Positions 49,677 through 60,650 of a DNA stretch of 64,000 nt are shown here, piece by piece. The notes beneath the pieces were generated by a model that was given only the letters and a program-made list of their open reading frames with translations, was not told the origin of the DNA and made no database searches. Both the position numbers and the translations under genes were made by a program. Origin of the DNA: Cycas panzhihuaensis (lineage: Eukaryota; Plantae; Cycadophyta). The stretch lies in the NCBI GenBank assembly GCA_023213395.1, contig CM041465.1:92635741-92699740 (forward strand), given 5' to 3'. The first letter of the stretch is position 1; each line of letters begins with the position of its first letter.

Positions 49677-52145
49677 CCCTCTAATTTTCTTAACAAATTT
49701 AATACCAAACTTTAATTGCTTAAAATCTGTATATAAACAACACGAGTTCGGTTGAAAGGCTGTCGTAGTCTTGTGTGCAAAGTAACCATTCTATTTTTCA
49801 AAGTAACTTATATTATTAGCAATCATATTTGTGGGTTTTCCTTGTTCTCCCAGTGGGTGGGCTTTGAAGGCTGATTTGTTGTTGTTCTTGCCTGTACTTC
49901 CATTGTCTGTCTGAGGTGAACACTGGGTTTCAGAGGCTTCCATCCGTTAACGAGTCTGTTATCGTAAACAATTGGTTGTCATGCCTCAAATCACAAAAAT
50001 ATATATTGCTATTTTAATATATATTTGTATATTTATGTATATACATTTTTTTGGGTAATATAAATTAGTCCATCAGTGATATATTTTTATGTTTTCATCA
50101 TTTGTTTATGCCCCATTTTGGCATCTGTATAATAGTGGCGATGCTTTTATTTTTTTTTATATTTCTTTATAAAGGTTTTTAAAAATCAAAGTAAATTATA
50201 TATTTTTTTGAGCTCCGGGCGTTTACAGGGTACTAGCCCCCTTTGGGGTTTAGTTGTCGCCCTGTGTCTCTTAGACGTCATCTTCATATCATTATGAAGG
50301 GGCTTTATTCTTTAAAGTTTATTGTGATTTTTACCCTTGACGAGCGAGTTCACTCTCCTGACAACGGAGGGATTTGGTTTTTGACAGGTCTTGGGTTTAA
50401 TTCCTACCTAGTCTACCCTTAGGTTCAAATTTTATGAGGGTTATTTTAGGCATATACCATTTAACCTTTTATTTTTTAAAAAATTATTTTAAAAACATAA
50501 GGTACTTGTTTATTTTTTGGCATAACTCCTCACTAGATCATTGGTTTCTAACGAAACTAGCTTCATTATGTTAAAAAAAATTTGTGCATCAATTTTGACT
50601 GGTGATATGACCAATTTGGTATTGATTTGACCCCGTTTCAGTTGATCAGTCATTTGTTTAGCTTTTTTTAAACTTTTTACAAAATCACTTTTTTGAACTA
50701 ATTATATTTTTCTACTGGGAGATTATTTTCTACCAGAATATATTCTACATTGATCTATATTCAACAAAATTTATTATTCACCTTTTATTCTAATTTTTAG
50801 AATTTATTTTGACCATTATTTTAATCGCTGAAACTGACATTTTAGTGGTTTTTAGCATTTTTTTTAACATTTCTACATAAAGGTACTTGTTACTATTTTT
50901 ACTGTAACTTTTCTGTTTGACATCCAAATTTAGTTCTGTTAGTTTTGTTGAGAAGCTAACTCATTTTCGTTCGAACTGACATAGTTTTTCATATGTTTTA
51001 AGGTGTTTTTACTTATTTTCAAATCCATTAAAGTTAGACTATTTAATAGCCCCAATCTATCATTTTTTACATATTTTCATATAATATTTTTCAAAAAATT
51101 TCAACCAAAAATATATTTAGTAGTTTTATAAGACATATTTGATCATTTTTCAATATTTTCTAAAGTTTTATTAGCATTTTTTTATACCATCTTGAGCCCT
51201 TGCTCCCGTTAAGCCTAAAAAAGAAGGCTGTTCCATTTAGGCATTTAAATTTTAACTTATAGGGGCTTGTTTTCAAAATGGTTAGTTCCATTAAATAATT
51301 ATTTCATTAATTTATATATTGGTATAATTTCATATTATTCTGACGTGGTTTAGTATAGTTTTCAAGCTGTCAAACCTGAGCATACAAGTACATCCTAATA
51401 GGCTTGCCCTTCAAACATTTTGAAGAAAATTCTATTTTATTTCTCATTGGTTGTTTATAATATATGTTTAAGGTTTCTACTTGACCTTCATATAAGCATT
51501 TTTTAAAGTTGCTTAGTAATAGAAATTGTTCATAAAATAACTAAAAATATATATATACATATTTTATTTTTTAACTTTGCATATCTTCCTCAAGGCAAAA
51601 TTTTTTATATTAAAAAGGGAAAGTCATTTTTTTTATATTAAAGAATTATATTTACTCATTTGAGAAATTGAAGGTTAAGAATTCTTTAGTTTTCATTATC
51701 AATATTTATTTCAATTTTGTATAAGTTGAAAAGGATCCGTGTCACATTTAAATTTGCTTACATATTTATTATATTTCAAAGTTTTATTCTAAAAGACATA
51801 CTTATTGGAAGCTTTTTCATTTATCATTATAGTTCAAAAGTTTATTTAAAATTTTATCTCATATGTGTGTCATTTATTTGAAAAGAATATGTTTATTAAA
51901 ATGTTTTTATTTTTTTATTCATTATTATTAAAAAATATCATCTATCTCTTATACTTATAAAAGCTGCATTTAATTTATTCTATTTTCAAAGGCATATTTC
52001 ATCCATTTGAAGAGTATTTTATTTAACAAAAAAAAAAAAAAGATTTTATTTCTTTCAAAAGTTTATTATTTATTTCATCTTGCTTAGAGCATATTATTTT
52101 ACTTTTCTAGTTTTTCTTTATTATATCAAAGGAATTTTATTTTTC

Positions 52146-52600
52146 TAAGCAAGACCACATTGCTAATTAGTTTATTTTTCACATTAAATAAGTTAATTCT
52201 AAATTGAACCACCATATTTTTCTAGCCTTGTAATGGGAACGATTAGGACCCCTGAAGTTACCACCCCGTACAAGCTAATCGGCAAACTTATATTAGATGA
52301 GGACAACCATTAGCTATCAAGTGTATTCAGTGGCAGGTTGAGGTGTAGAACCTCTTTATTTCATGGTATTTGGAGACTAAGGCTAGACCTAGAGAGGGTG
52401 AGTGCTTTGGTTCAAGAACCTTCACTACTAGATTTGTCGCTAGGCATAAGTCTGGCACAGGTGGACCAACAATTTAGGGGGGTATAAAAGCCATCTTAGC
52501 AGCCAGTGTACTGAGGTATATAGAGCCTAGCGGTCACATACCAGTATATTGGGTCCCTGTTTTTCCATTTGTGGATAGGCACCACTAGACAGAATAGCAA
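52146..52600 (+). other. Conserved non-coding pre-gag block of element B
   Basis: Colinear with 47210-47670; GC-richer than its flanks; no ORF; ends ~200 nt before the gag ATG. Confidence 0.8.
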
Positions 52601-52813
52601 TCGAAGGTTGCTCCAAGAGAAATGTAAACTTAAAGGCTAGTAGCCTTTATAGGTCCTAGTTCACTTGTTCAAAACTTTGGGATATATTTAGAAATAAATT
52701 TTACATTTATATATTTTTTTTAAATTTTAAATTTAAATATATTTTTTTAATATTCATATTTAACCTTTTGATATTTTATTTATCACATTTTATCAACATA
52801 ACTTTAGTTTAAA

Positions 52814-55800
52814 ATGACGTCTAGTTTTGGGAACATAATTATCCTAAAATTTAATGGAAATAATTTCCTTAACTGGAGTAGGAGGATGAAGCCCATCCTC
52901 ATAGTAAACGACATGTGGGATATAGTGAGAACCGGTTACAATGAATTGGGACCAAGTCCAACACATGCAAAAAAATTATATACAAAGAAAATGGCAAAAA
53001 GAATAACAAAGCATTAGCCCTTATCTTTTACACATTAGAAGATCATGTATTTCTACAAGTCAGTGAATCTATTAAGTCTAAAAAAGCTTGGGATACTTTA
53101 CAACTTATATATAAAGGAGCCGCCTCCTCTAAATTACAAAACTTAAGAAGTAAGTTCAAAAATTTATATATGATGCCTCACAAATCATTAACTGAATTCA
53201 TGACCAAAGTCCAAGATATCGTTAACTAAATGAGGTCACTTGGGGATACCTTAATCGAACAAAAAGTAGTTGAAAGAATCCTTAGATGTGTAGGAGCTGT
53301 AAGGCATTTTGAAATGGTAGCTATTAGTATTAGTATATCAAAAGATCTAAGTACCCTTAAAGTAGAACAACTTAGTGCTATGCTCATATCTATCAAAGAG
53401 CAACAAAATGCAAATGAAACTTTAGAACATGCCTTTACTACAAAGGCCCATATTTAATCTAACTCTCAAGTAGGAATCTCAAAACAAAAAGAATCACCTC
53501 CAAGGAGAAAATATGAAAATCTTAGAAATGAAACCAGACAAGATCCTCCACGATATCAAGCCCCTCACCAAAAGAGACAAGAAGGACCCAACAATATGAA
53601 GACCCTCTAAGAAATCCTAACGCTCTAAGAAAACCCAACCAAAGAAGAAAAGTTGAGAATCATTCTTGTTGTCCACATTATCATGGGAATTCTCAATCTT
53701 CAGAACTATCGTGATAACTAACCAAGAAATAATCCTCCTCAATTCTATGAGGAAAGAGGGAGATCTTTCAATATTAATCGTTCTCAACCAAGGAGTCAAA
53801 GCCTCAGTTATGGAAGATGAGATCAATTATATTATACTTATTGTCATAAAAAATGGTCACACTAAAGATAAATATTTTTTTAAAATATGGACCACCTCCT
53901 AGAAGACATGCTTTAAATTCATCAGAATAAAAAATTAATAAAAGATTATTTTTATTTAGTTTTTCTGCTAAGAAAGAAGAGGATGATAGCTGGTATATTG
54001 ATTCAGGTTGCTCAACCCACATGACCCATAAAGAATATTTATTTCAAACTTTAGATAAAAATAGAAAATGGTCAATTATGTTTAGAGATAATACTTCTCA
54101 TGAATCAATTGAGAAAGGTAACATTGCCTTGCTGACTGATATTGGTGAATATAGATACTTGAATGATGTCCTATACATCTCTGCTTTAAGGAAAAACTTG
54201 CTATGTGTAGGATAGATAATGGGACAAGATTATAAGGTGATTTTTGATAATGGCAAATGTGTTATCAAAGATAAAAGAAAAAATAAAGCTATTGTTACTA
54301 GAGGTATAATGACTAAAGATCATTTATTTAAACTTACTCTCACCCTTTCAGATACCTATGCCCTTAAAACCTCTATTACTATGGATAATAACTTATGGTA
54401 TCGACGTTTTGGTCATCTTAACTACAACAGTTTAGCTCTTATAAAAAAATTAGATACGGTTAATGGTTTACCACTTATTGATATTAATAAAAAGTTGTGT
54501 GAGGGATGCCTTCTTGGAAAACAACATAGAGAAAGCTTTTCGAATTTTAGCCATCGAACGTCTGCCCCCCTTCAACTAGTATACACAGATATTTGTGGAC
54601 CAATGACTACTCCCTCCTTGGCAGGTGCCAAGTATTTTCTCACATTTATTGATGTCTTTACAAGAAAGACATGGGTGTTCTTTCTAAAATATAAATCCGA
54701 TGCTTTCGACTACTTTGTTGACTTTAAAACCTTCATTGAGCAACAAAGTAGATATCATATCCTTTCTCTAAGACTAGATAATGGGGGAGAGTTTACCTCT
54801 GATGCTTTCAAGGATTATTGTATCTGTCATGGGATCAGAAGATAACATACCAACCCTTACACCCCATAATAAAATGGTGTAGTGAAAAGAAAAAATAGAA
54901 CTATCATAGAAATGGCATGGTGTATGCTTAAAGATAAAAACTTGGGCCATGAATTTTGGGCTGAAGTAGTTTATACAACCGTCTATCTACTTAATAGATG
55001 TTCCACTAAAGCACTTAGGTGGAAAACTCCAGAAGAAGCATAGACCAGTTATAAACCAAGTATACATCATCTTAGGATATTTGGATGTTTAGCCTATGCC
55101 TATATTCCTGACCAAAGAAGAACTAAATTGGATGACCATAGTGTCAAATGTATCTTTATTGGATATAGTGAATTGTCAAAATCTTACAAAATTTATGATC
55201 CGAAATTAAGAAAAGTTATAGTGAGTAGGGATGTCAAATTTTAAGAAGACAACTACTACCAAAATAATCAAGAACAATAGAAGGATATTGCCATTAGATT
55301 TGACACATCAAATAAATCTAAATATGTGCCTCCTATGTGGAGAAATATCCAGGAACCCACTAGGGAAGAAACATCATCTCAACCTCCATCACATCATCTA
55401 CCTAAATGGGTTCAACGCAACCATGATGTAGGAAATATATTAGATAATAATAGAAGATCTACACACTCATGAAGGGTTAACTTTGCCCTAATGAGTAAGC
55501 TACTCAAAATTCATGATCCTTAAACCTTTGATGAGGCTAAACAACATGAATGTTGGCACAAGGTCATGAAAGAGGAATATAAGTCCATCATTAAGAATGA
55601 TACTTAGGAACTTGTAGATTTACCACCAAAGAAGAAAGTTATTGGAACCAAATAGGTCTATAAGACCAAGTTCCACTCTAATGGCTCTATTGATAAATAT
55701 AAAGCTCATTTAATTGCTAAAAGATATGCCCAATTTAAAGGCATAGACTATACAAAAATATTTTCCCCAATCGCTAGGATGGAATCTGTTCACATGATAA

Positions 55801-57040
55801 TAGGTTTAGCCATCTAAATGGGATGTAAAGTTTATCAAATGGATGTAAAAAGTGCTTTCTTAAATAGTTATATTAAAGAAGACATCTATGTCACTCAACC
55901 CCTCGATTTTGAAGTCAGGGGGAAAGAAAACAAAGTGTACAAGTTAAAGAAGGCACTATATGGTCTAAAACAAGCACCCAAGGCTTGGTATTCCTGTATA
56001 GACAAGTATCTTAAAGATCAAAGGTTTGAAAGATCTCAAGCATATCCAAATCTATACACCCAAATTAAGGGAAATTCGATATTGATTATAGGACTCTATG
56101 TGGATGATTTAATTTATACTGGAAATGACTCCCATCTTTTATATTAATTTAAAGATGCTATGTGTAAGGGATTTGAGATGACAGACTTAAGACTTATGTA
56201 TTACTTCCTAGGATTAGAAGTTTGGCAGGATAAATAAAGAATATTCATTTCTCAATGTAAATATATATTAGATCTTCTACAAACATTCAAAATGATAAAC
56301 TATAAACCACTGACAATACCAGCAGAAATTAGAATCAAAATTTCTAAGACAAATGACTCGACTTTGGTTAATCCCACTCTCTATAGATAACTCATTGTCA
56401 GCCTAATATATTTGACTTCTACTTGACCTGATATAACATATTCAGTCAGTGTTGTATCCAGATTCATGCAGGATCCAAAGACATCTCATTGGCAAGCTGC
56501 TAAAAGAATCCTTAGATACCTTAAAGGGACTCCAGATTTTGGGTTATACTATAAATCTACATCCAAATTTTAGTTAACTGATTACACAAATTCAAATTGG
56601 GCCAGTGATGTCGATGATAGAAAATCTACCAGAGGTTATTTATTTAGTATGGGATTATTAGCAGTAGCTTGGAGTACAAAGAAACAAAATATTGTTTCCT
56701 TATCCACAGCTAAAGTAGAGTATAAAGCTGCAGTGTCAAGAGCCTATGAATCAATATGGTTAAGAAGACTTTTACAGGATTTTCAAATTAAATAACAAGG
56801 TCCCATTAGAATTTGGTGTGACAATCGAAGCATTATTCAAATGGCCAAAAATCCAGTATTCCATGGTAGAACAAAATATATTGAAACTCAACATCACTTC
56901 ATTCGGGAACTTGTATAAGTAAACAAGATAGAGTTGACTTATTGTAGCACAGAAAATCAAATAGCAGATATTTTTATGAAGGCTTTGGGAAAAATCAAAT
57001 TTGAGAAATTCAGAGACAATTTGGGAGTTGTATACATTGG
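52814..57040 (+). pseudogene. gag-pol of element B (gag, PR, IN, RT, RNase H), multiple stops
   Basis: MTSSFGNIIILKFNGNNFLNW; WYIDSGCSTHM; LWYRRFGHL; LQLVYTDICGP; LRLDNGGEF; QMDVKSAFLN; LYVDDLIY; ENQIADIFMKAL. Confidence 0.95.
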
Positions 57041-57403
57041 GCTTATGGGGGAGAATGTTAGGAATAATCCCAATGTGGTTAAAGCACTTGAGTACTTAGG
57101 GCCTCTCAAAGCCACCTTTGAGGGCCCCTAGAGCACCTTGAGCCACTCAATAGCCACCTAGACCTAACACCACTTTCTTGAGGTACGCATTTCATTTATT
57201 ATTATTAATTTTTTAATATATTTTGAATTTATATTGGTTAATGTGCAACTAGGATGATGGCGTTCGACGCCTCCTCAAAATTCATTATTTAAGGGATGGG
57301 AATACCTCACAGGTGTTTTTTAACACTACCATCTAAAGGAAATCATCGTTATACTCGAAATGTTGTCTCTTTAAAATCTTGCTCTGCTCCTCCAACTCCA
57401 TCA

Positions 57404-60400
57404 GTTTGATGGTAATAACTTTCTAAATTATAGTAGAAGGATGAGACTCATCCTCATCGCTAATAATATGTAAGAGATTATGAGAATAAGTTATAGTGAA
57501 CTAGGTCATAATGCCACAGATGTTGAAAGGTAACCTATAAGGAAAATATCAAAAAGGATAATGAAGCTCTTGCCCTCATCTTTTGTACATTGAAAGATCA
57601 TATTTTCCCAAGAGTTGAGTCTACAAAGTCATAGGAAGCATGGGATACCTTGCAATTAATCTATGAAGGACCTGCATCTTCTAGGCTTCAAAATCTAAGA
57701 AGTAAATTTGAAAACTTATGTATGATGCCAACAGAATTCGTGACATAATTTATGACTAAGGTACAAGATATAGTTAACTAAATGAGATCACTTGGAGATA
57801 TGCTGACAGAACAGAGAGTAGTAGAAAGGATCTTAAGATGTGTAAGTGTCATAAGAAGAATTGAAATGATAACAATAAATATAAGGATATCTAAAGAACT
57901 AAGTACCCTTAAGATGGAACAACTAAGTGCCTTGTTGACGACAGTTGAAGAACAACAAAATGTAAATGAATCCCTTGAGCATACCTTTACTACCAAGGTA
58001 ATAATCTAATCACATTCTCAAGCTGGTACATCAAAATATAGAGAATTATCTCCCAAAAGAAGAGATAGAAATTTTAGAAGAGATATGCATCAAGATCCAC
58101 CATTTAAATATCAAGCTCCTCATCAAAGGAGATAAAGAGTAAACCAACAAAATGGCAATCCTCCTAGGTACCAAAATCAATAGAAACAACTTGATGAACA
58201 TCTATATTGCCCAAACGGCCATAGAAATATTCAAGCTCAAAGGTCAAATCTAAATTATTATGATAATAAACCAAGGGACAATCAAGTCCTCCATTATGAA
58301 GAAAGGGGGAGATTATCCCATAAAGAAAGACCCCATCCTTATAGTTGAAGTCTAAGTTATAGGGGAAGAGATACACTATATTGTACCTATTACAATCATA
58401 GTGGTCATACATAAGATTAATAATTTTCAAAATATGGACCACCTACAAAAGGTAGTGTGAATACTACAATTGAAATAAGGGATAATAACAGACTTTTTTT
58501 ATCAGCTATACTACCCAAGAAGAAGAAAATGACAGCTACTATATTGATTCAGGTTGCTCGACTTACATGACACATAAGGAACACTTATTCTACACCTTAG
58601 ATAAAACTAAAAGAAGATCAATAATATTCAGTGATAACACATCTCGTGAATTAGTTGGTAGAGGAAATATTACCCTCATGATAAATATAGAAGAATATAG
58701 ATACTTCGATGATGTATTATATGTTCTTGTTTTGAAGAAAAATCTATTATCACTAGGGCAGATCATGGGTCAGGATTATAAGGTTATCTTTGATAATGGT
58801 GATTGTATAATTAAAGATAAGAGAAGAAACAAGATAGTTGTTGTAAAAGGTAAAATGATAAAAGATAGACTTTTCAAACACGTCCTTACTCCATTAGGTA
58901 CTTATACCTTAAGAACCATGATTAACTTGGATAATGACTTATGGCATAAGAGATTTGGACATCTAAAGTATAGTAGTTTGACCTCGATGAAAAGGATGGA
59001 CATAGTTAATGGGTTTCCCAACATTGAAGTGGATAAAACCATATGCGAGGGATGCTTACTTGGTAAACAACATAGAGAATGTTTTCAGATTATAGCTATC
59101 GAGCATCTGGACTACTTCAATTAATCTATATAGATATTTGTGGCCCTCTAAATGTCCCCTCATTAGTAGCTGCATGCTACTTCATCACATTTATTGATGA
59201 CTACACTAGGAAGACTTGGGAATTGATTGACTTACCTCCTAATAAAAGGGCAATTGGTACTAAGTAGATTTATAAAACTAATTTCTGCTCTAAATAATCA
59301 ATCAACAAATATAAAGCTAGACTTGTAGACAAAGGTTATGCATAAAGAGAAGGTATTGATTACAATGAGAAATTTGCTCATATTACACGAATTGAAACTG
59401 TTAGCATGATGATGAGTTTGGCAACTTAAATGGGATGTAATGCTTATCAAATAGATGTCAAAAGTACTTTCCTTAATAGCTATATTAAAGAAGATATTTA
59501 TGTCTCTCAACCCCTTAGTTTTAAGTTAGGGAGGAAGAAGACAAAGTATATAAACTCAAAAAGGCACTTTACAGTTTGAAACAAGCACCAAGGGCCTGGT
59601 ATTCTCGCATTAACAAATATTTTAAAGATTAAGGCTTTGAAAGATCTTAATTAGATCTAAATCTATACACCAAAATTAAGGGAGATTCTATTCTAATTGT
59701 GGGACTCTCTGTAGATGATCTTGTCTGCACTAGAAATGACCCTCATCTTTTGCAAAACTTTAAGGAAGCCATGTGTAAAGAATTTGAAATGACAGATTTG
59801 GGATTAATGCATTACTTTCTAGGTTTGGAGGTGTGGTAAGACAACAATGGTATCTTCATCTCCTAAAGGAAATATACCCTGGACCTACTACAGAAGTTTA
59901 GGATGATCGGTTGCAAACTTTTAGCAACTCCAATAGAAATAGGAATTAAGCTATCTAAACTAGATGATTCTGCACCTATTGATCCTACACTCTATAGATA
60001 GTTAATTGACAGTTTGATTTAATTGACTTCCACTCAACCAGACATAATGCATTCAGTTAGCATAGTATCTAGATTCATATAAGACACTAAGACTACTCAT
60101 TGGCAAGCAGCCAAAAGGATCTTATGATATCTTAAAGGCACTTTAGAATATGGTCTATATTATAAAGCTTCATCAAATTTCAAGTTGATAGGATATACAA
60201 ATTTAAATTGGGCAGGTAATATCGATGACAGAAAATTGACTTTAGGTTACACTTTCAGTATGGGTTTAGTAGTCGTATCTTAGAGCATCAAAAAGTAAAA
60301 TACAATCTCTCTATCTATAATTGAAGCAGAATATAAAGTAGCAGACTCTAGCACATGTAAAACAATTTAGTTAAAAAGATTATTACAAGATTTTCAACTA

Positions 60401-60650
60401 GAATAGAAAGGGCTTACAAGAATTTTGTGTGATAATCAAAGCACAATATAGATGACAAAGAACCTAATATTTCATGGAAGAATAAAGCATATTGAGACAC
60501 AACACTATTTTATTCAAGAGCTAGTACAAGTAGGAAAAATTGAATTGGCATATTGCAGTACCAAAGATCAAGCAACAGACATCTTCACGAAAGCTTTGGG
60601 TAAGATTAAATTTTAAAAATCCAAACACAAATTGGGAGTTCTACATATTA
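57404..60650 (+). pseudogene. gag-pol of element A (continues from 47839-47878), multiple stops, integrase core missing
   Basis: MPLSFGNMIIPKF|DGNNFLN across the TSD; YIDSGCSTYM; LWHKRFGHL; IDDYTRKTW fused directly to ELIDLPP; RT and RNase H motifs follow. Confidence 0.93.

Larger units (their letters stand above)
47879..57403 (+). mobile_element. Ty1/Copia element B (full length, 9.5 kb) with a ~4.6 kb leader carrying a thioredoxin copy
   Basis: 348-bp LTRs at 47879-48226 and 57056-57403 (34 differences by hand count, ~90% identical); exact TSD GTTTG (47874-47878 / 57404-57408); PBS TGGTATCAGAGT at 48229-48240; PPT GGGGGAGAA. Confidence 0.96.

Noticed and set aside
49677-49943. Splicing of the upstream 50-aa ORF onto the Trx through a GC-AG intron
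   Set aside because: Needs both a non-canonical GC donor and a weak GAG acceptor with no pyrimidine tract.
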